From Octopus vulgaris (taxonomy: Eukaryota): 64,000 bases of DNA. The position numbers and the translations under genes were made by a program. Every line of letters begins with the position of its first letter. Position 1 is the stretch's first letter. The notes below the pieces were generated by a model. It did no database searches. It was not told the origin of the DNA and saw only the letters and a program-made list of their open reading frames with translations. Positions 39,971 through 54,167 of the stretch are shown here, piece by piece. The DNA lies in contig OX597820.1 in assembly GCA_951406725.2 (NCBI GenBank), positions 64,666,001-64,730,000 of the forward strand, written 5' to 3'.

Positions 39971-40458
39971 CAGCGTCATCAGCGGAAGTAGATGACTTGT
40001 CGTCGAAGCTCTAACGAATATAAATAAAATAATTAATTAATAATAAAACAGTGAAAGTAAGATTATAATTTGGTGACAAATGATTTTATTATCTTGGCTG
40101 TCACGAGAGTTAAAAATAAAAACCCGATAACTCTTATGTGATAGGGACACATGCACCATGGGTTGCCAAACTTTGAGGCACAGTCACACGCATGCGTACA
40201 TACCCACTGAAATACAGGCTCGTGTGCGTGTGCGTGTTTCTATGCTGGTGCGTGCATATGTGGAAGAGAGGCCCCTATGCATTCATGCTTGCACCTTAAG
40301 AGCAAGTTATCGAATATTAGTACCAGCCAAAGTTAAAAAGAGTTTTATAATGCACAATATCACGCGCACTCACATACGTGAGAATATATAAGCGCCACTA
40401 TATATGTGTAAATATAAATATGTGAATTTATAAGTAAGTACATATATATATATGTATG

Positions 40459-40539
<81 letters not shown>

Positions 40540-41171
40540 GTATGTATATATATATATATACATATATAAAAAAGTTGAGTTGTGGGGTATCGCACGAGTG
40601 GGATTATATAAGAAAAAAGGTTTGAAAATTGCGTTGTGTGTGGGTGTGTGTGTTCTGTGTGTGTGTGTGTTGTTTGTATGTGGTGTGTGTTTGTATACTA
40701 TGTGTGTGTGTGTGTGTGTTGTTGTGTGTGTGTGTTTGTGTGTATATATATGTGTGTGACAAACAGACGCTGTCTGACCAGCAGGCGCGGACACATCTAT
40801 TCACACCCGCATACTAACCTCCTGATAACCCCAAAATCATTCATGCATAAAGGGGAAGTATACACCACATTGGCTACTTCTTCTGTTCTCTCAGTTCAGC
40901 CTTTCTGCTAATACTGACAGGTCAGTAAAAACATACTTAAAATATTCTGAGATGTACAAAAAATCCATTTTAATTTTTGCTGTCAAAACGCTGTATATAT
41001 ATACCAAAGATTGTATATATATACATGTAATGTGACAATTTGCGACAACCAATAATTAACGCAACCAATTCCCAATAATATATTTGTTTTATCCTTTTCT
41101 GCCAAATTTTCCCAAATAGTCTCATCACACTATTGAACTTCTCTGTTACCAAACACTATATTTATACATGT

Positions 41172-41400
41172 AATGTGACAATTATGTATAAAAAAACATT
41201 TTTGAATTCATAATATCCAATGTGACAATTATGTAAAAAACTTTTTTGAATGCATAATATTCAATGTGACAATTATGTAAAAAACTTTTTTGAACCCATA
41301 ATATCCAATGTGACAATTATGTAAAAAACTTTTTTGAATGCATAATATTCAATGTGACAATTATGTAAAAAACCTTTTTTGAACCCATATTATTCAATGT
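41172..41400. repeat. Minisatellite, 5 copies of a ~44-bp unit
   Basis: AATGTGACAATTATGTAAAAAACTTTTTTGAA...; units start at 41172, 41219, 41263, 41307 and 41351. Confidence 0.93.
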
Positions 41401-41493
41401 TTCCTTAAATGTAACTTTTGACAATCTTTTACCAAAGAGTGAAACCGGTTAAGTAAATAAACATCGTTTAAATTGCATTTTCAAACCTTTTTT

Positions 41494-41564
<71 letters not shown>

Positions 41565-41878
41565 GTTAAACATTAAGGCAAGGCAAACATCTCAACTCAT
41601 ATACAATATTATTAAGGAATTCGAAATCTTACAGTATGAGGATATTCCGTCAACAGAGACAAATAGGGAATATAGGGAAAATGAGAATGGTATATTTTAA
41701 TATGATGACGACATAAAGGAAGGGAGTATAAGAATAAGAAGATGGAAAGAAAGAAAAAAATGAAGCATAACAGTTCATAGTTCAACTTACCGAAGTTATA
41801 AAAACCAAGCCAAGAGTCTTTAGGTGCAATCCTGCGCATATCCATTTGGCTTTCTCTATATATATATATCTACACACA

Positions 41879-42122
41879 TATTATATTAAATTCGAGATAA
41901 AAACCACTATTAGGCAAATCATACAATGAAAAACTTAAGCCAATACATAAAATTAATTAATTTATATTATTTTAAATATATATCAAAAGTATTAAAAGTT
42001 TAATAAAAGATACTGAGTAAAACACTACGATCGTTTCATGGCTGTCCAATTCGTAATAATTCGAGTTATGGTTACAGTCAATCTTCAGGTAAATGAAATA
42101 TTTATCTTAGTGAGGTTTAGCA
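41879..42122 (-). mobile_element. Penelope-type terminal repeat
   Basis: Same sequence as the 7534 arm, continuing into a hammerhead and a possible ORF end LNLTKINISFT*. Confidence 0.65.
42023..42091 (-). ncRNA. Minimal hammerhead ribozyme motif, intact core
   Basis: TAC-CTGAAGA-T-TGACTGT...ACAGCCA-T-GAAAC-GATC-GT-A-GTG; palindromic ACGATCGT stem III; GUA triplet. Confidence 0.72.
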
Positions 42123-45100
42123 ATCTACACACTTATATACATAAACATATGTGGGTGCGAGTTGGTGGAGTTGTTACAACCCTGCATATGTTGAAATGTC
42201 TAGACTGTGATAACATGAGACTAGTATGATCCTAAAAGGAGAAAAGCTTGAAGCAGAAAAATATATCAGTCGTTGATGCAAAAGGTACTGCTTGTGTAAT
42301 TAGATGTTTAAATGTGTTGATGAGAGTATTATTGTGAATAAATGGGAAAAAAATTGTTCGATACGGCTTAAGATAAATACGTGTGTAAAGCAAACCTTTT
42401 ATCACTCTCCTTACCCAACTGTTGGTATCGAAAACATATACAAACGCATGATATGAAACATATCTATATTACTGGAGAAAAAAGTTTCATGTTGAGTTGT
42501 AGTCGTGAGATCAGTAATTCAAAATTTGTTGACTTTTTTAAGCTGTTTCTCCAGATCAAATAATTTCCAATAATGGAAATACCTTAACTTTATTAATATA
42601 TTGTGGCAACAATCAAACTACGAATATCGGCAATGATTGCCAAATAATTCCATAGATAATTTTAATATGCAGATTTTTATGTGGTGGGGATGGTATTCAG
42701 CACTGCACTTGATTTTATATTGAGAAATATATTATATAGAAGAAAGAATTGTATCTGAAAATATCATGCTTGTGAACGCGTAACTAGATCTTTAAAGCGC
42801 TTTATTTAAAAATACGCCCGTCATTAGATTAACTTCTGAAATGTAAGCCTTAGTTGATTGGCCAGATACTTCGTAGTTGTTATACTTATTTTTAGAAGAC
42901 TACCGAATTTTGGTTGAAGTAGAGATGTATAAAATTTGAATATAGAAGTTAGATAAAGTTTAGAAGTTAGACGAAATTTACTATATCAATACCTTAAGTC
43001 TGTTCCTCTTAAACAGGAAAAAATTGCTACATCAGCCAGATTTTATTAGTCTTTTTACAAGAAAATGTTTTTATCAATTGCCGCCGGCTATATTTACAGA
43101 CACATGGTATTATATGTTCCCCGTCTAGTAATATAGCGAAGCGAAAACACTGAAAATAATCGATCTCACGACATAATATGCTGGAATAGAAATACATTCA
43201 TTCGCTTCTAATTCATTTTAACCTAAACGTCTATATCTTAACTTGCTTATTGATCGTTTTGAAAAATAAAATTTGAAATCTGTAAAACAGTTTTGATATT
43301 TGTCGAAGAAATATATGCATCTAAGTTTTAGAAGGTATCGTGGAGGTTAGGCATTTAAAAAAACACATAGGAAATTGGTAAAAATGTAATAATACATTGC
43401 AGAAAGTTGTTAAATAGTTGTAGTAATAAATGTACAAGAAACTAACGATGACAGACTAAGCGACGACAACAATTTGAATTTTTATAACTACTGTGAATTC
43501 GCCATGTTCTACGTAAATTATGAGTATAGTTACCTGTAAATGTATTAACGCATTAATGAAATATTAAAGAAGCCAAACGACTGTTTCATTGCCTTTAAAT
43601 GGAAGGTCAACGTCTTCCAGTTTTTATAACTTTGAATTACATTCGCCGCTTCTCTTGAAGACGACTTTAGTGTTGAATCAACCATCAAACTAGCTAGACG
43701 ACTACTCTACAGGTAGTCTGTCAAAAAGCGGTAAGAGGCCAATTTCTTTTGATGAGTTCTCTTGAATAGTAAATATCAAAGTATTAACTTCTAGAATATT
43801 GATATTTACTATAAAATGTTTTTGATAAAATATCAAGTTTCCCTTTATATTAGTTATATAACAAAGGATGTAGTTAAATTTAGTAAATAACATATTAGAC
43901 AAGCGTATGCTGTTATAAGTAATCGACTAATGGTTAGAGTACTTATGTTGCTGATAACCTGGAATCGAATCTTCATCATAGCAACTAACTATTTTGAAAA
44001 ATTATGGCAACGCATATGCATGATTCACTTTGTTTCAAAATATCGATCGTTATCTCATGGACTGAGATATGAAGTTTGTGAATCTGATAATTTTGAAAGA
44101 ACCCTAGATATGAGCCAAATCTGTTTTTAATAAATCCAGATATAACTCTAACTTTCGGAAAGTTATTTATTGTGGCGAGTATTTATTGGTTGCCCATGGG
44201 ACCACAATGATAGTTAAAGTATGAAACGTTTCCCAACTTCTACAAAACTGGATAAATGTAATACTGGCAACATTGTCCAAGAGGAAATTGGTCAAGTCAA
44301 ACTATAATAATTTCAGTTCTAAGTTATTCTTCCTTGTAACTATTAATAAGATATTCATGAGATTTCTGCTCAATCATTTCTAGATGCAAATATCTGCCAT
44401 CGCAGTCTCACAAGATCAATGAAAATTCCTACCTCGTAGAGCTACCACGGAAATTATCTTTAATTACAGGGGAAGTCCTTATAGTAGAGGCTATCTTTTT
44501 ACCATATTTTATGTGGTATAAGTGTATAGTACAGAGGAAGACATTGCGAAGAATACTGAGTGTCGGTGTGCCCACCTATGTATATCGATATATTTGTTTA
44601 CACAGATATGACCGTCTTAAAGTGATGGTCTGTCCGATGTGATCCATTTAGACAGTGGTGTTGAACTATCACTATGTTGAAAATCCATATACTTTGCAGC
44701 TGTGTTTTCTCATTGTTTTCTGGACAGTGATCCTGATAGTCAATTGAATAACAATGGAGGAAATATTTACAGCACTAGTTCACAATTGATGATTTGCATC
44801 TACTGGAACCAGATATGTACAAAACAAAGAACACTTTCTGTAGTGCCAGCACAGCCTGCTGTAAATCTAATGAAACATAAGAACATTTTATAAATGTTGC
44901 CGGTGAACTGTATAGAAATTTAATATATTTAAGTGAACGAACTTTATGTCTTACATTCCTTTTTGTACCGGGCTGGTCGATATCCATGGATAGACCAAAT
45001 TTAGGACTGACTTTCCTACAATTGTGTTTGTGACATTTCCGAATGGAATCTGTTCAGTCAGTGTTTTTTATCGATCTTTGCATTTATGTACTCATAATTT

Positions 45101-46694
45101 TGTAGCAGAAACGTATGGATGATGTATTAAATATTAGAGGATTTGATTTGAATTTAGAAGAGAAAAAACTAGACATATCAAGTTTTTAATCCGAGTTGAG
45201 TTACGGTTATAAGATCATTTCTTTTAGCAAATAAAATGTGGAGGTGTTTTATATAAAAATTTTGCACAACATTCGTTGGTAAAAATCTGACCATATAGAT
45301 TAGAGTATTCACTGTTGATAGTTGTTATATCTTATACTTCTGATAATTAGATATTTTCTATAAAAGAGCTCATAAATTATTTAAGACATTCTTGCCATCA
45401 CCATCATATCATATATTCAGGCATTTTATTCGATAATGCATTATGTAATGTGGTTTGTCTTTTTTCTTACAACACAGTAGCATGATATTTACAGCAGATT
45501 TGGTTGCTAGTTCTTGTAAAAGTAACCACGCAGGTGCACCGTCTTTGGCACGTCTATCAGTAATATATGTAAAGAGTGTAAGGCAAATATAGTTTCGTAT
45601 TTTCGTGACTCTTCAAATATCTATTAAAGAAATACATAAAGAAATTATTGGTATTCGCCACATTAAAAAATTTATTAAATATTTTATGTAACAATAGCAG
45701 AATTCAAATTCAACGTAAAGGTCATTGCAGCACTGTGTCACATGTGAAATAACTGATGAGATATACATATTCATATTTTGAATGTGTTTTATAAAATGTT
45801 TAAAATGCGCAATCGTCAAGTATGTAGTAGGCTCATTATATTATGATTGCTGTAACCAAGTTTCGTATCCTCGCCATTGCCACCGTCTATTTCATTCCAT
45901 TGATTTTCAATGTGGTTTCATTATCATCATTATTATTTTTTATTTTATTCTTTATTTTTGTCATCTAACTTGTTTCTAGACGATAATTATTTTTTAAAAT
46001 TCAGATATTTGTTAATGCAGAGCGAGAATTTGAAGGTTTTTTTTCTTGAAAGCATAATGGAGGTGATACATTTGTAAAATACATAGAAATTGGTTAAAAA
46101 TATAATTAAGTATTGTAAAACATTGTTAAAATGGTTGCACGAAAAATTATATATTCATACAAGGAAACTAACTATGACACACTATGTGACAACGTGAATT
46201 TAAATGTAAATTACTACAGTAAAATCATGAGTGGTTAGATAATTTATTTGCTCATTTTATTTTTATTTGTAATTATCTTTTTTTTTTGTCTGTAAATAAT
46301 TATTAATGAACTAACCGGGAGAGAATTTCTAAATATGATAATTCAAAGCAATTCATGATAATTAGAATTATTCGACACAATTAGAATTATTCCACGCCTT
46401 GGATGTCACTATAATTTTACAACATATCATGTCACTTATGTGGAAATATATGGCAACGTTTTAACACTTGCAACACATCTTGAATATTTTCCCCATCGTG
46501 GTATACATCATGTCTTTTTAATATTTTTTGTCATAATTTGTTAGGGATTTATAAATTATTGTGGTAACAGAACTGTTGTAGTTGTGATGTGAACAACATT
46601 ATCTTGGTCACCTCAACGTAAACGATTCTCAATCGAAAAAAAAGAAATGATCGTAGAACTTGACTTATAAAATTATTTCGAAGAATCGGAGAAA

Positions 46695-46900
46695 AGGCGA
46701 TGAGCTGGTAGAATCGTTTTCACGTCACACAAAATGCGTAGCGTTAATTCGTCTGGATGTGTATACACCGGGTTCATACTGAGTCGATTTCAACTTTCTC
46801 TTTTATATTTTAGGTGACGATAAATATGGGAGTTAAGTATTAGGTTCCATGTAATCGAACTGTTACATTCTCTCAAAATTTCTGGCGTTGAAGCCTGTAA
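46695..46900 (+). mobile_element. SINE family A, decayed
   Basis: AAGGCGATGAGCTGGTAGAATCG head. Confidence 0.55.
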
Positions 46901-46945
46901 TATATTGGCATTCCAGTCAAGGAGAAATATGAGATCATGATTACT

Positions 46946-47021
46946 TACGAAGAGTGCTAAAAAGTACCTGGCTTTAAAGGTTACGAGAAAGTCCTATTTG
47001 GAGGCGCAACCTTCAGAGTTC
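46946..47021. mobile_element. Mariner-type terminal fragment
   Basis: TACGAAGAGTGCTAAAAAGTACCTGGCTTT resembles TA-CGAGGG..TGAAAAGT mariner termini. Confidence 0.4.
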
Positions 47022-47726
47022 AGCAGCCCCAGTCTTATGAGTCCACGAACTCAATAAAAATAAGAAGAGATCGAAGGCGAACTCATAATACATGTAAGTA
47101 CATTTACATATTACTAGACATCATTCGTTATGTATTAGCAAATACAACAAAAGAGATCTGCCCATGCATTGATCCCAAATTGTATATTGTTTAAATTCTA
47201 ATAAAAGGGTATTGAGCCTAGATTAGAAACTATCATTTTCTCTCCACTAGCAAGTAATCTAGAAACATAGGTAGTAATAATAACATATATATTGCAACAC
47301 ATATACACATAAACATATCTTGATTCCATCTTTGAAATTGATTCGATTTTCAAACTTCGCTGCCTTAAGATCTGAAATGTAAGATCTTCTCTACCCTGAT
47401 GACGGGGTGTTGTCATATCCGATGTTGATTGCATCCATTAGGGCCGCAAATTAAGATGAACTACATCTACCAATATTATATTATCATGGTTCTCCAAGCT
47501 CCCAAAACAGCTGTTAGATTTATAATACCTTCTTTCCACCCCTCTAATTTTCTCTATTAATTGGACACTGTGTAAGTTGGATCTATTAATATAGATATCT
47601 ATATAGCTGTACTTAAATATTTATCGTTTGAATGTCACCATCTTTTGTATCCCCTTTTTTATGTTTGCATACATATATTCTTTGTGCTTCATGTCCAAAC
47701 CATTATATTTAATATGTCTAATTTGC

Positions 47727-47930
47727 GAAGCAACGATCTGGCAGAAACGTTATCACGCCGGGCAAAATACTTAGGAGTACATCGTCTGTCTTTACGATCT
47801 GAGTTAAAATTCCGCCGAGGTCGACTTTGCCTTTCAGAGTCGATAAATCAGGTACCAGTTGCCTACTTGCATTGAAATAAACGACTGCCCTGCCTCACAA
47901 AAAAAGAAATTGTGCCGAAAGTAGAAAAGA
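47727..47930 (+). mobile_element. SINE family A
   Basis: CTGGCAGAAACGTTATCACGCCGGGCAAAAT...AATTCCGCCGAGGTCGACTTTGCCTTTCA. Confidence 0.8.
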
Positions 47931-48940
47931 ATATATCTAATGTGTATATTCGTATATTTGCCTCTGAATCTGCTCAACTGTATTTCTCTTATAGCCACTC
48001 TTTACCCTATAGAATCGATCCCCTGGAAAAATATCGGAGTCTAAATCGGAATCTTTTTGAGCACCACTAAGTGTCTTGGCTCTCGTATGTTGGCTGTATA
48101 TATATGTATATATATATATATATATATATACATATGTATGTATGTATGTATTTGTATATGCATGCTTTGGTGTTTACGTATGAGGTCATGACAGATGTAT
48201 GGTATTGTTGTTGTACCAGATTAGGAGGGGTTTTTGGACAAAGTTTTTGTGGCGCTGCGAGAGTAGTAAAGAGATAAGTATACGTATATATATGTGTGTG
48301 TATGTTTGCGCACATCAAGGTTTACGGAGGCAAACGTAAGTGTTTACAAGGGATGCATAGGGTTGGAAGAACCGTGACTTTGGTATACTTCAGCCACTAT
48401 GGAGATGCAGCCAACGTTGAATTGGTATATCTGGTTTGTCGGGGCCTAGTGGTTTGAAGTTCGTCAAGATGATGTACCTCTGGTGGCAGCACTAAGATAG
48501 TTAGCGTTTTATTTTGATAGATACTGCAAGTTGACAGAGTACGCGAATTCTCTCTTGAAAGTGGAGCTGGCAATTACTGTCACTTGTTAAGATATTGCCC
48601 TGTTGATGATGGTCAGTTTCACGTTGGGAGTGTTATTCCGGATATCATGAAACCTCCAGAGGAAACGATATAACGAGGTATATACATATATAAATATATA
48701 TATAGAGAGAGAGAGGTTATGAGAGGTAATGGTGCCAGTGAGACAGAAATGTGACAGGTAGTGCTGAATAAGTGGTATGGATAAACCATAGTTGCGTTTC
48801 AGGTTCGGGGATTATGCGTTTAAGGGTTCCAGCATAGGTCGTATATCCATGTGTATCTCACATATATTCTCATTCCTCCACCCCTCTCTCTACTTCGTAT
48901 CTTACCTAAATTAATTATTGCTTAATCATCTTCTCACACC

Positions 48941-48988
48941 GTCTCCGATGAAGGGATACAATAAATATCCTAGAAACAGCTGTTAGAC
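48941..48988 (+). ncRNA. Minimal hammerhead motif, U4C variant, probably inactive
   Basis: GTCT-CCGATGA-A-GGGATA caataaa TATCCT-A-GAAAC-AGCT-GT-T-AGAC. Confidence 0.65.
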
Positions 48989-49052
48989 CTATTTATAAAT
49001 GTTCTAAAATCTACACAGCCTTGGTTTTTTTTTATCTCATTACGGAAAAATG

Positions 49053-49089
<37 letters not shown>

Positions 49090-50376
49090 GGAGCGAGAGA
49101 GAGTTAGAGGGAGTAGTACATGCACCAGCACGCACTGACATTGTTTTTGCCCTTCTCTAATAAACACTTTTTAACTGATTGGCCATCTTTTTGTATATGA
49201 TACACCGATACATATGTCGATCTAATTTATTTTCTATCTCTAACATATCAAGTAAACACTTGCTTCTTGTTTCTTTTCTTTGTTGTTTATTCCTTTTTTT
49301 TTTCAACATTTAAACACAAGCTGTCCGTCATTGATGGAGCAGATGTTCGCTTAATCACGAGACTTGTTTTTCCTTCCCACTCTTATCTTGAATTCTACCG
49401 CAATATCCCTCTGTGTTTCAAGCTGTTTAACGAAGTAAATATAATTACAAACACAATCAAAATATATTTATACCCTTACGTTTATATACAAACATTGTTA
49501 TATCTGAATTTTACAAAAATCAATTAATTCGGAGTGTTTGCTGTGCATTATGTTTTACATAAATTAGTATTTACATTAAGTCTGACTACTTAGACAGAAG
49601 ATTCCACTTTGAATGGAGCAGCAAATTCTAAAGTGTATTGAAAATAAGGTTCTATTTATGCGAGTAAAACAAGAAGGAAAATAATGTTCATTCGATAATG
49701 AAATTATTATTCAGTTACTGATAATTTGAAATGGTGTTTGTTATTTTATACTTTCTTTCACATTCTCTATCAAGCAACCTCATTCAGGGAAGATAGGGAA
49801 AGTTAAGAATGTGACAGTCTAACTTGTTATTAGAAGTAAAGAGAAAGAAACAGAGGCAATTGTTTAAGATGGAAAATGGTGATTGCGTGCGCGCGTACGC
49901 GTAATATGTAAGTGTATGCGCGTGTATGTATATGTATATGTGTGTGTGTGTGTGTGAAATCGTTTCCGGTTCTGTGTGAGTGTGTGCTCTTCAGTGTGTG
50001 TATGTCTGCTCGTGTGTGTGCCTGTGCGTGCGTGTGTGTATGTGTGTGTATGTATGTGTGTGTGTGTGTGTGTGTGTGTGCTTGCGCGCCTATGACTTTG
50101 TTTTCCTCCACTTTCAATATTTTCCTCTTTTCGTTCCACATCGCAATTTTGCTTAAATTTCTATTTTCTCTTCCACTTACCGAAGTTACTCGTGTATAAA
50201 TCTCTTTATATTATATTTGATATTAACTGAAGAACCTGAGGTACGTCTTAAAGACAAAGCAGAGTTAATATCAAATTTCCATACGATGCGAAGATAAATT
50301 TCTACCAAGGTTTAACACTCGCGTACGTATAAATACAGTAGTAAAATTTGAACATCTGTAAAAGTATAAAAATCAT

Positions 50377-50811
50377 TTCTACTGCAGGCTCAAGGATCGA
50401 AATTTGGGGTGAGGGTATGGGTGGATTACATAGACCCCCAATGTTTCATTGGTACTCATTTTATTGACCACGAAAAAATGAATGACAACCGACCTCCTCG
50501 AAATTTGAACTCATAACGTAAGAACGGACGAAATGCTGTGAAGCATTTTGCCCGCCGTGCTAACGATTCTGCCAGCTCACCGCCTTCTATAAAGGTGTAA
50601 TAATCTTTTCTGCTCTAGGCACAAGGTCAGAAATTTTGTGGGAGGAGCCCAGTCGATTAGATTGACCCAAGTACGCAACTGGTGCTTAATTTATCGACTC
50701 CGAAAGGATGAAAGGCAAAGTCGACCTCGGCGGCATTTGAACATAAAGACAGACGAAATGCCGTTAAGCATTTCGCCCGGCGTGCTAACCTTTCTGACTG
50801 CTCACCGCCTT
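50377..50811 (-). mobile_element. Two tandem family A SINEs (50377-50587, 50606-50811)
   Basis: Both end in GCTCACCGCCTT, the reverse complement of the head. Confidence 0.85.
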
Positions 50812-52895
50812 CGTGAAGATATAACAATACCAAAAAATGAGCGTTGTTCCATCAGCTAGATATAAAGACCACGTTCCCTTCAATCTACACTGCCTATATT
50901 ACGTAGAAAATGCTAACCAATCGATATTCTTCGAGTTAACTACCCTTACTTTAAAAATCTTTAAGATGATTTTATATCTTCTAATGTTTTCTTAATGTAA
51001 ATAAATGTTTTCAATTCATTGTTTTAATTGTGTCGGACACTCTTGTTGTTGTATTTAATATGCCGAACTCTCACCTGAGTTATTTCCCTCGATATTTTTG
51101 AAAGCGAGAGAATCATTAGTGCGGTTTAGAATACCACGTCGTAACTGTTTCAATTCTCAACCTTCTGAGTCCTCATCCCACCGCAATCGAACAAGCCCTT
51201 CGGCACTTAGAGGTCAATTATAAAAGTACTCTTCCAAGGTAATAAATGGAATAACTGTTAGAAGCTTGGACCAGAACCTGTCCAGCATTTGTTCCTGCTT
51301 TTTGCGTTTTGACAGCACTGCATGTGACGTCACTGACGTCAAACTTTGACCCAATTCCGGGAACTTTCTTGCGTATGAAATTCGGCGTCGTGCAAATAAA
51401 AACATGTACACTTGAGAAACTTTTTTTTCTTTTTAAAAAAATTTTCAAGACTTGCAATTAATTCTGCAGCTTCAGGTGAAGTTTCATGTACGTGAAATTT
51501 GTTAAAACATATAAACTATCTAATTAGATTAGTCATTTTTTTTAGGAACCGCTGCCAAGTTCATTTTCAGTCATATTAATCTGGACACAACTACACGTAG
51601 TTACTATGGTGAAACAAGTTCGCATCGCAGTCATTGATTGAGTGATGTTCATAAATAATTTAATATACATATATAAGATTTTAAAAAATACATCGGTATA
51701 TTTCAAATTCCCACTGTTTTCATCATTGATTTACAACTTTCAGTGTTCAGAAATTGTGTTAGTATAATCTATTACCAATCTCCCACTGTTTGTAGACTTC
51801 ATCTCAACTTAGGAATTGCAATATTTTACATAATTAATAATTTCCTTCATTTCTACTGTGTTGTCGTAGTCACTTATCAACTTGTTTAGAAATGTATCTG
51901 AAAATTTAAAATATTTAATTCAAATATTTACACAGGAAATATGTGAAGCTTTTAATTAATGCATCTCATCTAATGCAGCAAGATTAATTACACAGCAAGG
52001 AGGTGTAAATTCAGGTTTGAATTACGAGATGATTCCGACATAGAATACATAACATTTTAATATATAAGATCCATGAAGTAAACGATTATGCGAGGAATGT
52101 ATATAAGTGTTTCCGCTGTATAAGATATCGTCTGTCACAATGAAATCCGAGGCCAACTACATACATTTAATTCCATATTTTCTCTTGTATGCTCTGTCTG
52201 TCTCTCTCTACCTCTCTCCCTTTCTCACCCCCCCTCTCTCTCTCTCATCGCACTTTTCCTCGTTTCACAAGCAGAACTCAAATTGTTTAACAAATCAAAT
52301 TAACATGTTTATGAATTATTTAATTTTGCTGCATAACTATTTATCAAATATGTAAATCTATCTTTTAGTATCAACGAGTACACCTGGGTGGAAGTTCTGA
52401 TGGTCCTGTGGTTAAGATCTTATATCTATGATTTTGACAACCTTGTTTTGAGTTTTCTCCAAGATACCTACAACATTGAAACGCACGGCCATATAGGTAT
52501 TCACGATTTCAGCAAGGCATACTTCTGCCACGTCATTATACAGATATTGGTTAATTGCACAGTATTGTCACAAATATTGTTATAATCAGGCAGAAATTTT
52601 AGCCAAGATGAAATTAAGAAAATTTTAGTCCCTTATTATCGTTTTAGGAGAATCCAGAAATGTGACCTCCTCTCTTAGTAGTAACCAACAGAATGGCCAT
52701 CCTGATTAATTTCTTTGCTTTCTTTTTCTCTCCACATTTGTCTCTCTGTATCCTTCTTCCTTCTCTCTCTCCATTTTTCTCTTTCTCTCTTTCTCTTTCT
52801 CTTTCTTTCTCTCTCTTTCTCACTATTTCTGCCCGTTACTATTTAGCATCATCTCTTCGTATCGACATAATGAATGTCACTGTTTTAGAAATATA

Positions 52896-53277
52896 CTAGC
52901 AGTATCGCCCGGGTCGCTTCGACCCTTTAGAATTGGAATTTTTGAAAAGTAAAAATTTTGCATTATATAACTTGTTATTCTCTTTAAATGAACATTTTTT
53001 CTGGTTGAAATACACCTAAAGATGGCGATACAGCAGTCAAAAAGTCATAAAAAATAGGGATTTTCATAGAAATAAAAACCACCTTTTTGATGTAAATAAT
53101 TTCTGGTCTTAACATGGTCCGATTTGAATTTTATCTTCTGCGGAATGAAGAACAAGCCTTCTTTTATCATACTCTCAATTTTGGTGAACTTGCGCCGCAG
53201 GGACTCGGAGGAGATAGTGTTAGTTGAAGGCTACCAAACCTGCTGCACACAGATAACTTCAGCTTTATATAAATAGA
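52896..53277 (-). mobile_element. Non-autonomous Helitron
   Basis: On the minus strand it begins TCTATTTATATAAA and ends CCCGGGCGATACTGCTAG. It is inserted between A and T with no TSD; the subterminal hairpin appears partly deleted. Confidence 0.75.
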
Positions 53278-54039
53278 TATACCATCTATTTTTTTATTTA
53301 CGTTTGATAAGTGTTTTGATTGCACATATTAAACTTTATAACACAAATATTCCATTGGCACGAACACATTTTACAAGCATTATGCAATGGACCATATTAA
53401 ATAATTTGTTTCTGAAACACAAATTATTTAACTCCCATATGCATGTACATATTTATACACAAGTAGATGTTGAATTGATCAACCTCATGAATTAAGCTAT
53501 GCTGTATTCCATATCTAATACCCCTTCCAATTCAAAAATATATGCGCAATCACGTGCTCTGTAGTTATTTCTGTTGAATTCTACAAAACAGATCGGAAGT
53601 GTTCTGGTTTCGGCAGGTACGAAGAAAATAAAAGGAAAAGTTTAGATATGATTAAATGCTGATCCTTATAAACAAACTTGAATTTCCTACCATGCGAAAT
53701 AATTGTTAGCTCGAATTTTCATTTAGATTTCTACGGAAAAATCAATGCCACCGTGTGAAATATAATTTTCAGATTCAAAGCACAAATATGTCTCGTTAAC
53801 ATAAAGGTTGGGAATTCACCTAATCGAGGTTTTATAGATTAAAATAGCTCCCAATTCAAATCAGCTAGAATTCTCATCACTGTCATCTTTATATTTCAAA
53901 CTGTCAGAGACAATACCTGATTAAGCTGTGGAGTTTTCATTTTTCTTGAGCCTAGTGTCTCACTACTCCATAGTTTACATGGGATCCGTGGCTTTTTTAA
54001 CTGCTTGACTGTTTGTCTCAAGACTCGTCCTCACCCGAT

Positions 54040-54167
54040 CGACTTGTTACTCGCTTATATCTGAGTACAGGGAGAAACTTGAAATGACGCGCCTTGCTCA
54101 AAGACATAGCGCGCCCGGTTCAAGTATCGAACCATTTTTCACCCAGCTCCCATGCCACTATGCCGTG
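54040..54167 (-). mobile_element. Old tRNA-derived SINE fragment of another family
   Basis: Reverse complement reads CGGCATAGTGG..GGTTCGATAC..TGTCTTTGAGCAAGGC (A and B boxes plus a V/CORE-like motif). Confidence 0.5.

Noticed and set aside
41172-41400. CRISPR-like array
   Set aside because: Contiguous tandem units with no unique spacers, no cas genes and a eukaryotic context.
44702-44987. Short ORFs in the AT-rich 42-46 kb region
   Set aside because: No recognisable motifs or convincing paired splice sites; lengths are as expected by chance.
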